This document shows positions 56,309-64,000 of a stretch of DNA of 64,000 bases, piece by piece; position 1 is the stretch's first letter, and each line of letters opens with the position of its first letter. A program made the translations under genes and the position numbers. The stretch comes from Gammaproteobacteria bacterium (GTDB lineage: Bacteria; Pseudomonadota; Gammaproteobacteria; G965277405), in NCBI GenBank assembly GCA_965277405.1, contig OZ255726.1, positions 256,001 to 320,000 of the forward strand. The letters run 5' to 3'. The notes below the pieces were generated by a model that was not told where the DNA came from, did no database searches, and saw nothing but the letters and a program-made list of their open reading frames with translations.

Positions 56309-58480
56309 TTATAATTCTACTACAGTTATTTCTTTAGTAGAAGCAATAGTATTGCGGTTAGTATCTTCTCCAACCGAGGTTGCAGTAACTGTGATTACAT
56401 CATTAGCAGTGCCGCCGCTGCTACCAGATACTGTAAGCACACCAGATTCTGTTATTGTATATACATCAGTAACTCGAGTGCCGTCAGATTTTGCAGCTGC
56501 CACAGTCCACACTACGTTAGGATTAGCATTAGTTGGTGTAACTGAAAAGCTCATTTGCAATTCTGAACCTTTAGCTTTAGCAATTGTTGTTGCGTTACCT
56601 GCAGCAGTAACTGTAACACCTCTCAAAGCCGAATGCACAGTTACAGTTAGGCTAGTTGTTATTGAATTATCTGCATCCAAGGTCGCGGTTATAGTAGCCG
56701 TACCTGCAGTTACCCCTATTACTATCCCAGCGCCATCTACCGTGGCTATGCCTACATTACTACTAGTCCAAGTTACCCTTTTCTCCTGCCGCGTCGCATT
56801 TGTTGGAATGAAAGTAAGCCGTTGATAAGGTCCTCTATTACCTACATCTACCTCAAGTGTAGCACTACGAACGCTTATGCTCGTAACAGGAACAGGTGTA
56901 GGTGCTGGTCCTACCGTCACAGTTGCAGTATCCGTGAATCCGCCGTCGTCAGTAGTTCCGGTTATAATAGCCGTACCTTCCGTTAGTCCTGTTACTCTCG
57001 CAGCTGTAGGATTACTACTCGATGGAGTTACGCTGGCTATAGCTGGTTTATTACTAGTCCAATGTACCTGTTTGTTTGAAGCATTACCTGGCTCAAGAAC
57101 AAGTCGTACACCTGCCATTGGACCACCTACAAACAATGAAATTTCACGTGAAGTAGATGTTGTTGTTGCTCCCGTAACAGCAACAACTGGAGCAGCCGCT
57201 ACCGTCACAGCTACAGTAGCTGTTTTTCCGCCGTCGACAGTAGTTGCGGTCATAATAGCCTCGCCTTCAGCTACTGCTGTTACTCTCACCGAATCAATTC
57301 CCCAGAAGCTTACTATTTCTACCGTGGCTATATTAATATCACTACTACTCCAAGTTACTGCTTTGTTTGTAGCATTATCAGGAGAGACCTCAGCTTTGAG
57401 CATATTATAAGTGCCACCTATATATATCTCAACTGGTGTAATTGGTGTAATTCTTACGCTCGTAACAGCAACAGACGCACCTTCTTCGCTTGCCTCATTA
57501 GGTCCTGTTGCTGGAGTTTCTGTTTCAGTATCTGTTGCTGGAGTTTCTGTTTCAGTATCTGTTGCTGGAGTTTCAGTATCTGTTGCTTCTAGCGAGTCAT
57601 CCACATCACCAACTTGCAATGTACCTACATTGTAGATAACATCATCTTTAGTATCTGCTGTTGTGTCTTGATCATCTTTAAGGATAAGGTTGTATTTTCC
57701 TGCAGTTTTATCAGTCGATAAATCAAACTCTGAGTTGGTTAATGTATATGTTAAGATATCTGTTGATGCATCATATGTACCTGTAACATCGCCAGTATTA
57801 TCTAATGTTTCAGTTAGGGTGCCTTTGGTGAGGGTCAGACCTGCTGTAGCAAGCCTTTTTAGAACTTCAGCATTACCGCCAATTTTAATGCTTGTAACGT
57901 CGCCAGCGGTTTCTGTAAATTCACCATTGCCATTAGCAGTTAGTTTTAACGCTTGATTGATTGTTAATACTGCTTGTAGTTCTGAGACTTTTGTTTCTAT
58001 TTTTGCATTAGTCATGCCGTTTTCAGGGATACATATTGTGCGTATTGCACCAGTTGTACTGACTTTAACTTGGTCTGTTAGACCAAGATCATTGTATGTT
58101 TTAAGCCCTTTTTTGATGTCTGCACATGTATTGTCTTTATTACCTTTGATAACACCATAATGTGGGTTAAAAGCCGAAGTATTTGCTATTTCTGCAACTT
58201 TACCCATGCGAGTAATTTTTACATTTATTCTAGGTAATTCAGGATTTTTTATATAAGCTTCGCCATCGTTGGTTATGACTTGTTCTGTTTCTACCAAGGT
58301 TGCCGCAGCATCACCTTGCTTTTCGTTTACAGGATATGTTAATCCCAATTTAGATTCAATTTCTAATATTGCGTCTTGTTGACTTAGAGTAACAGGGGAA
58401 GAGGAAGAGGAACTGCTATTGCAGCTATACAAGGTTACCGCGAGTGCCAATGCGGCGAGTATTGCTAATGTTTTTTTCAT
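56309..58480 (-). CDS. Surface lipoprotein with about four bacterial Ig-like (Big_2) domains
   Basis: Lipobox LYSC plus Ser tether; repeats P.NATNK.V.W.SS...IATV...G.A.ITAT..DGG. Confidence 0.85.
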   Translation of the reverse strand: MKKTLAILAALALAVTLYSCNSSSSSSSPVTLSQQDAILEIESKLGLTYPVNEKQGDAAATLVETEQVITNDGEAYIKNPELPRINVKITRMGKVAEIANTSAFNPHYGVIKGNKDNTCADIKKGLKTYNDLGLTDQVKVSTTGAIRTICIPENGMTNAKIETKVSELQAVLTINQALKLTANGNGEFTETAGDVTSIKIGGNAEVLKRLATAGLTLTKGTLTETLDNTGDVTGTYDASTDILTYTLTNSEFDLSTDKTAGKYNLILKDDQDTTADTKDDVIYNVGTLQVGDVDDSLEATDTETPATDTETETPATDTETETPATGPNEASEEGASVAVTSVRITPITPVEIYIGGTYNMLKAEVSPDNATNKAVTWSSSDINIATVEIVSFWGIDSVRVTAVAEGEAIMTATTVDGGKTATVAVTVAAAPVVAVTGATTTSTSREISLFVGGPMAGVRLVLEPGNASNKQVHWTSNKPAIASVTPSSSNPTAARVTGLTEGTAIITGTTDDGGFTDTATVTVGPAPTPVPVTSISVRSATLEVDVGNRGPYQRLTFIPTNATRQEKRVTWTSSNVGIATVDGAGIVIGVTAGTATITATLDADNSITTSLTVTVHSALRGVTVTAAGNATTIAKAKGSELQMSFSVTPTNANPNVVWTVAAAKSDGTRVTDVYTITESGVLTVSGSSGGTANDVITVTATSVGEDTNRNTIASTKEITVVEL
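57505..57587. repeat. 27-bp coding tandem repeat (TDTETETPA)
   Basis: CTGTTGCTGGAGTTTCTGTTTCAGTAT x2 plus a 21-bp variant. Confidence 0.9.
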
Positions 58481-58514
58481 AATAATATCGTCTTTAAGTG
58501 ATAAAAGGTGACTC

Positions 58515-58562
58515 AAACGTATTCAATACGTTTTTTAATCAATCAATACGGAGTTGATTGAT
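58515..58562. promoter_or_regulatory. Two adjacent inverted repeats upstream of the lipoprotein
   Basis: AAACGTATT-C-AATACGTTT and ATCAATCAA-N7-TTGATTGAT. Confidence 0.5.
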
Positions 58563-58683
58563 GTTGTGTACATACCGAACTGAGCCTGCTACTACAATTT
58601 GTCATACTTTTGTTTATTTTTTTATTTTTGTATATTTTTAAAACCGTAATCAACGGCTAACCTTGAGGGAGGAAAACGCTGGA

Positions 58684-58755
58684 TTTTAGTTTTAGTTTTA
58701 GTTTTAGTTTTAGTTTTAGTTTTAGTTTTAGTTTTAGTTTTAGTTTTAGTTTTAG
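58684..58755. repeat. (TTTTAG)12 simple sequence repeat
   Basis: 12 perfect hexamers. Confidence 0.95.
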
Positions 58756-58940
58756 GTAAACGTAGGCGATCTGTAGCTTGATACTGCTGGCAAAACAGCA
58801 ATTGCTGCTAACGCCGCATTACGCTCAATTGCCATAACTATACCCATTCGCATTGCCGTTGCTATAACTTTTTTGGGTTTTTTGCAATTGTAGATGGGGA
58901 TGTGTTTGCTGTTGGCTGTACGGCGAGAAATCCGCTGTGC

Positions 58941-58982
58941 CTGTAATCTGTAATCTGTAATCTGTAGTCTGTAGTCTGTAGT
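58941..58982. repeat. Heptamer repeat (CTGTAAT)3(CTGTAGT)3
   Basis: Read directly from the sequence. Confidence 0.92.
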
Positions 58983-59164
58983 GGCTATGATTGAGTTGGG
59001 GAGTTGGAATTGAAAGATATAAGTAGGAACTTGGAAGGTTGGGGACTGGGGCGGATGGGTTGAGCTATGGCTGGGGTGTATCAACAATGCTTTGCGCCCT
59101 AGATACTTTGGTTGTGGTATTATAAATTAATGGAATACAAGTTGTATGGAAACTTAAGGAGAAT

Positions 59165-60202
59165 ATGATGAAAGACATTGATGATTTACTCAATAAGTCA
59201 ATACCTGCATACCGCAAAGCGTATAGTGATAGAAGCTGTTGGTTAATGGCGTGTTTGTCTGAGTTGGCGTATATCAAATTCAACCCGTTGCTCGCAACAG
59301 CTACGGCAAAAAAGTATTTTGTAAAACAAATTGAAGCATTGATAGACGATAGCCGCATTAAAAGTTTGGAAAAACTAGTTGCGCTGATTCAGTATGATGC
59401 AAACAAAGAAAAAGAAAAACTGATAAAAGAAGTACAAAGCCTGCGGCTAGAACTGCTGCAAACTTTTGATTGCAACGGTACTCAAGCAATCTTGGTGAAA
59501 AGTATTGATGACTTTCTTATCCTGGCGTTTCGTGGTACCGAAGCCAGCAGCATCAAGGATATTAAAGCAGACTGTGATGCACGGCTGATTACCTGTGATT
59601 CTGGCGGCAAGGTGCATCAAGGCTTTGAGCAAGCGTATGCGCAAGTAGCTTGCGAAATTGAGAATGCACTAGCGCAGTATGAGCAGCAGCTGCCGCTGTT
59701 TATCACCGGGCATAGTTTGGGCGGGGCATTGGCGACGCTAGCGGCGAAAAAATTACGCTACAAGAAAATAGCTGCGTGCTATACATTCGGCGCGCCGCGC
59801 GCTGGCAATGAGACATGGATTTCAAATATCAAAACGCCAATTTATAGAATTGTGAATTCTGCAGATTGCGTAACAATGGTGCCGCCAAACGGCAGTGTTA
59901 TCGATATTGTTGCGGTGGTGGTTGGTTTTTTTTCGTCTGCTGCTAAGAAGTATGTATTGCATAACTTTGCAGGTTTTTCGCATGGTGGTAATATGCGCTA
60001 TCTTACTAACTGTGCGCCAGGTAGTTATGCTGACGTGCAATTATTGTATAGTGTAGATTTGCTACGCCGTTGTATTGGTTGGTATAAAAAGCAACTCAGC
60101 TTTAGCAAAATTATGAGCGACCATTCAATTGCTGTATATAGAAAAAAACTTACTGTCGTGGCGCGTAACAGAAATCCATGCACTGCGGGAAGCTCTGATT
60201 AA
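59165..60202 (+). CDS. Class 3 lipase family protein
   Basis: LAFRGTE, VHQGF, TGHSLGGALA, YTFGAPRAG, D.VTMVP, DHSI. Confidence 0.9.
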   Translation: MMKDIDDLLNKSIPAYRKAYSDRSCWLMACLSELAYIKFNPLLATATAKKYFVKQIEALIDDSRIKSLEKLVALIQYDANKEKEKLIKEVQSLRLELLQTFDCNGTQAILVKSIDDFLILAFRGTEASSIKDIKADCDARLITCDSGGKVHQGFEQAYAQVACEIENALAQYEQQLPLFITGHSLGGALATLAAKKLRYKKIAACYTFGAPRAGNETWISNIKTPIYRIVNSADCVTMVPPNGSVIDIVAVVVGFFSSAAKKYVLHNFAGFSHGGNMRYLTNCAPGSYADVQLLYSVDLLRRCIGWYKKQLSFSKIMSDHSIAVYRKKLTVVARNRNPCTAGSSD

Positions 60203-60213
60203 CTCGCTGCTGG
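60188..60213 (+). mobile_element. MITE left-end remnant supplying the lipase stop codon
   Basis: GGAAGCTCTGATTAACTCGCTGCTGG. Confidence 0.7.
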
Positions 60214-60308
60214 AAGAGGCGAGGTGCCAGCGGTAATAGATTATTTTAGATTATATACAACTGCTTAGGGTGCGGGATGCCGTTAGCCAATAGCGTTGGC
60301 TGATACCT

Positions 60309-61655
60309 TCATGCGCTGGCTGCCGCCAACATGGCTTTACCGTAGAAGTCTGTGCTGGTCTGCACTCCTGGCAGGGCAAAATAAAAGCCGCCGCCAAACG
60401 GTTTGACATATTCTTCTAAACCTTCGCCGTCTAGGCGTTTTTGCACGGTGATAAAACCGTCGACAAGGTTGGCTTGATAGGCGATAAACAGCAGTCCCAT
60501 GTCAAGCTGGCCTGATTTGCTGGTGCCGTCTGAATAGCTATAGCCACGGCGCAACATATGGTGCTTTTCAAAACCGTGCTCTCTTGGGTTGGCTAAACGG
60601 ATGTGGGCGCCTAGTGGGATAACCTTGCCTGCTCGGTCGTCTTGGTAATTTGGGGTGTCGTGTTCGTGGTGCATTCCTAGTGGTGCGCCTGTTGAGCGGT
60701 TGCGACCAAAAATTTGTTGCTGTTCTTGGAGTGGTGTTCTATCCCAATGCTCTACTTTAAAGCGTATCAATCTGATAGCCAGATAACTACCCTCTTCTGC
60801 CCATTTAGGTTCTTGGTGGTGTGGCGCCACTAACGCAATATTTTTGATGCTTTGAGGATTATCGACGCTAGGGTTGGCGGTGCCATCTTTAAACCCAAGC
60901 AGATTAACGGGTGTTTCTTTTCCTTGTGTTGCGGCTGTGTGGGATGATATATAGCCGTCTTTACGCCAACGCACGCTGAGTAAAGCTGGGGTGTGTTTGA
61001 TAATGTCTCGCAGTGCATGCAGCACGGTTTCTGGTGAATTTGCACAAAATTGTAATACTAAGTCGCCATGGCAGGTTGCTGTGCGCAGCGCGTCATTTGG
61101 TGAGCGTGCCATTGTTTGCAGGTGTTTTGGTTTGATGGCGGTTAAGCCAAAGCGTTCGTCAAATAAGCTGTTGCCTACGGCTACAGTTACCGTTAAATTA
61201 TCTGGGTGAATATGCTCGCCGAGTATTCCTGAATCCAATGGTGGAAACTTTATGCCTGTTACTGCCGGCTTGCCGCCTGTAGTTAGAAAAGCTACCCGTT
61301 GCGTGAGTATTTTGAAAAGCCGTTCGAGTTCGTGTTTATCTGTGGCGAGCACATCAAACGCTACTAGTGCGCCAGATGCCGGTGCTGGGTTGACGATGCC
61401 ACTTTGATATTTTCCATAAAATGGTTGGCGCATGTGTTTGCTGGTATACATATCTGGGTTGATATGTTGATAATCAGTCGATTTTAATGCGGGTATTGAC
61501 GCTGTGGCGTTGTTGGTGAGGCTGCTTGTTAGCGCAACTGCGCCACCAATTGAGCCGATGCGCTGCAGTAACTTGCGCCGTTGTGAGTTGTGCGCATTGG
61601 TTGATGTATTTGAGCTAGTAGTTTTTTTGAATAGCGATGTAAATGGGCAAGGCAT
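60309..61655 (-). CDS. efeB: Tat-exported DyP peroxidase/deferrochelatase
   Basis: [47 protein letters not shown]. Confidence 0.94.
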   Translation of the reverse strand: MPCPFTSLFKKTTSSNTSTNAHNSQRRKLLQRIGSIGGAVALTSSLTNNATASIPALKSTDYQHINPDMYTSKHMRQPFYGKYQSGIVNPAPASGALVAFDVLATDKHELERLFKILTQRVAFLTTGGKPAVTGIKFPPLDSGILGEHIHPDNLTVTVAVGNSLFDERFGLTAIKPKHLQTMARSPNDALRTATCHGDLVLQFCANSPETVLHALRDIIKHTPALLSVRWRKDGYISSHTAATQGKETPVNLLGFKDGTANPSVDNPQSIKNIALVAPHHQEPKWAEEGSYLAIRLIRFKVEHWDRTPLQEQQQIFGRNRSTGAPLGMHHEHDTPNYQDDRAGKVIPLGAHIRLANPREHGFEKHHMLRRGYSYSDGTSKSGQLDMGLLFIAYQANLVDGFITVQKRLDGEGLEEYVKPFGGGFYFALPGVQTSTDFYGKAMLAAASA

Positions 61656-61674
61656 ATTGAGTATATGGTATTGG

Positions 61675-62799
61675 TTAGGTTGCTAAGTTGCTGGCTAGTT
61701 GGTTGAGGGATTGGGCAAGCTCTGTGGCTAGGGTTTGTAGGGTGAGACGCTGGCTTGTTGAAAGCGTGTTTAAAGCTGGGTAACCTTGCGTTAATTGATG
61801 CTGGTTAATCTTGGCAACTATTGTGGCGATGGTGTTATCTATCCGTTGTTGCAATGGAACATTGAGTTTGATGAGGATTGGTTGGTATATAGATGCAATT
61901 TTTTGCACTCCTGCAATACTTGCGAGAATTTCGCTCAAATCTGTGTGGGCGTAGCGGTTCTCAATAGTATTGGCAATATTATTAGCCATGGCTGCAATCA
62001 CTGTTGCCGCTGCGCTAATAGTTGGATTGGTTTTGAGGGCTGTTTCTTTGGTGAGATTTGCCAACGTTGTTAAGTCTTGCTGTAGTTGGCTGGCAATTGT
62101 GGCAAGGTTGGCGGTGGTGGCTTGTTGCCATAATGCGTATTCAAGCCGATGGAAGCCGATAAACTTGGGGTCTGTTTCGCCAGCTGTAAATGCGCTGGCT
62201 GGGGCGTTGATGCGCTGTGATAAATCTGGAAACATGCTGGCTACAGGCTCGATGCGTTTATAATGGATGCGGGCTTTGGCATACAATGTTTTTGCTAAGG
62301 CGATGTCGTTTTCGGCAATAGCGGCGGTAATCTTGGCGGCTATCTTGCGCAAACTGCGCGCTTCAAAAATGGTGAAAAATGAGTATTCTGCAATAGGGCC
62401 TAGTAAGTCGTTGGCAGTGACTGTATATGCAGGCGCTGCTGCATCTGCTATTACTATCAGCTTGCCGCGTGGGTTTGTGAGTAGACCACAGGTCATAGCG
62501 TAGCTGCCTACTTCTAGTTTTACGGTCATTTTTTGCATAAAACCTGGGGCGATATTCTCACGTTCGGCAAGGACCATTACTCCGTCTAAAATTTCCCATT
62601 CTAGGGCGCGGTGGCTGTTGTTTTTGATGATGAATTGAGTCTTCCCCGCAATTACTTGGAGTTCCATTGGTTCGCATTGAGAGTCATTAACGCTAATGTT
62701 TTTTTGTATCACTTCTTTGGCGCTAAGCGCTGATAAGTTGCAAAGCGTTACAATGAATACTGTGGTGATTATAAATGGTTTTAGCAAAAAGATTTTCAT
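61675..62799 (-). CDS. efeO: Iron uptake component EfeO (cupredoxin + imelysin/M75)
   Basis: [28 protein letters not shown]; GFHRLE. Confidence 0.9.
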   Translation of the reverse strand: MKIFLLKPFIITTVFIVTLCNLSALSAKEVIQKNISVNDSQCEPMELQVIAGKTQFIIKNNSHRALEWEILDGVMVLAERENIAPGFMQKMTVKLEVGSYAMTCGLLTNPRGKLIVIADAAAPAYTVTANDLLGPIAEYSFFTIFEARSLRKIAAKITAAIAENDIALAKTLYAKARIHYKRIEPVASMFPDLSQRINAPASAFTAGETDPKFIGFHRLEYALWQQATTANLATIASQLQQDLTTLANLTKETALKTNPTISAAATVIAAMANNIANTIENRYAHTDLSEILASIAGVQKIASIYQPILIKLNVPLQQRIDNTIATIVAKINQHQLTQGYPALNTLSTSQRLTLQTLATELAQSLNQLASNLAT

Positions 62800-62862
62800 A
62801 TGTAATGTCAATGATAGCGTGGGAATTGTAATCTGCTGGGGTATCAATAGGTGTTAAACAAC

Positions 62863-62895
62863 AAAAAACAATGGCGAGACACCCCTCGCCATTGT
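62863..62895 (-). terminator. Intra-operon Rho-independent terminator
   Basis: Stem ACAATGGCGAG / CTCGCCATTGT with a minus-strand U tract. Confidence 0.7.
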
Positions 62896-62906
62896 CGTAA
62901 ACACTT

Positions 62907-63722
62907 TTAGTCTAAATTCAATACACCGCGAAGTTTTGCCAATTCTTCTGCTAGCACGGTAATTGGTCCTTTGAGCGCGAGGCGGTCTTTATCTGTGAGT
63001 TTATCATAGCTTTTAAAGCCATCGGCAGTGCGGTACTTGGCTAACACAACCTCTACCCGATCAAAGTTTTTTTGTACTTTCTTGGTTAAAGCTGGGGCTT
63101 CTTGCTCCAATAATGATTGCAATAAAGACACTATTTTTTTTGAGCCGTCGATGTTTGCTTGAAAATCTGAGAGGTCTGTTAGCGCATAGCGATTTTCTTC
63201 GCCGCTAATTTTACTTGATGCGACTTCTTCTATCAGCACAGCTGCTCCACCAACAACGTCTTTCGGGGGAAATGTTAACTCAATAAGTCTTTTTTGCAAT
63301 TCAACTGCATCTGCTTGCAATTGCACTGCATATTTTTTCATACCGTTGGTGGTATTGCCTTCCCATAACGCTTTTTCAATGCGGTGGTAACCTGTGAAGC
63401 TTGGGTCTGATGAGCCTTGTGCGTAGCTTTCTTCTCTTGCGTCCATTTGTGCGTCAAGGTCTGAAAAAAGCTCTGCAACTGGTTCTATGCGTTCGTAATG
63501 TACGCGAGCAGGGGCATACAATTTTTTTGCCTGGGCTAAATTACCTGCAATAACCGCATCAGTAAATAATTTAGTCTTTTCAACGTATAAATCGACTTCA
63601 TCTATGACATACAGTTTGTATTGGGTGATTGGGGCAACAAGATCTGCTGCGCTGGTCTTGGCTTGAGCAGATGATGCTAGTATGCAAAAGGCTGCTGCGG
63701 TTGTGATAATGGCTGTTTTCAT
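62907..63722 (-). CDS. EfeO/EfeM-family imelysin-only iron-binding protein
   Basis: YERIEPVAELFSDLD, TGYHRIEK, KISGEENRY, DFQANIDG. Confidence 0.9.
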   Translation of the reverse strand: MKTAIITTAAAFCILASSAQAKTSAADLVAPITQYKLYVIDEVDLYVEKTKLFTDAVIAGNLAQAKKLYAPARVHYERIEPVAELFSDLDAQMDAREESYAQGSSDPSFTGYHRIEKALWEGNTTNGMKKYAVQLQADAVELQKRLIELTFPPKDVVGGAAVLIEEVASSKISGEENRYALTDLSDFQANIDGSKKIVSLLQSLLEQEAPALTKKVQKNFDRVEVVLAKYRTADGFKSYDKLTDKDRLALKGPITVLAEELAKLRGVLNLD

Positions 63723-63776
63723 AATAATTATATAAAGTAGTTTTGGAGGTGGTGGTAAGGGACGCTCTTTGTCACA

Positions 63777-64000
63777 TTAAGAGCGGCTAATAGGATTGAT
63801 TGGGGTGTTATATTTTGTTGGTGTTAATCCTGTTTTTCTTGGCATGCGCAACAATACATATAAGGCGGTAACAAGGTATAATAAGTAGACAGCAACTTCG
63901 CTGACACTTGGTGTTTCTTGGTAGCCAAATATGCCTTCTAATACCGTGCCAAAAAGACTGTGGGTAGAGAGTACATTGCTAAAATTAAACGCAATATCTT
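63777..64000 (-). CDS. efeU: Iron permease EfeU/FTR1, C-terminus (partial)
   Basis: Manual translation gives DIAFNFSNVLSTHSLFGTVLEGIFGYQETPSVSEVAVY. Confidence 0.9.
   Translation of the reverse strand, partial: DIAFNFSNVLSTHSLFGTVLEGIFGYQETPSVSEVAVYLLYLVTALYVLLRMPRKTGLTPTKYNTPINPISRS

Noticed and set aside
58684-58755. Telomere-like repeat or eukaryotic contamination
   Set aside because: Short internal tract flanked by bacterial-type genes; treated as an SSR

Overview
Chromosomal window of a Gram-negative bacterium, most likely a gammaproteobacterium (kdsD-lptCAB-rpoN, T2SS gspC-I, mreB, efeUOB, class III phaEC), with signs of ongoing genome erosion. A ~285-320 bp MITE family with IS5-type ends occurs as 7 full-length copies plus at least 8 partial copies or end remnants. 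A decayed IS5 with the same ends is present, and an IS1595 is nested in an older copy of itself. Several operons are truncated or pseudogenised: heme uptake, phaB, a second phasin, a ParE toxin and a PD-(D/E)XK nuclease. The left 15 kb is accessory catabolism: biotin carboxylase/PxpBC, gabT, a TorT-like ABC transporter, a Tat-signal amino-acid monooxygenase-like flavoprotein, and a single-chain Rieske oxygenase-reductase fusion with a Pro/Thr repeat linker. Also present are the Moco operon, phnCEE, three tRNAs, pyk, ppx, PHA genes, PMM/PGM, queA, an Ig-repeat lipoprotein preceded by a (TTTTAG)12 tract, and a class-3 lipase. The most notable items are the Rieske-reductase fusion, the exported monooxygenase-like enzyme and the gene-remodelling palindromic MITE. 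All calls come from motif recognition by eye; no database searches were run.
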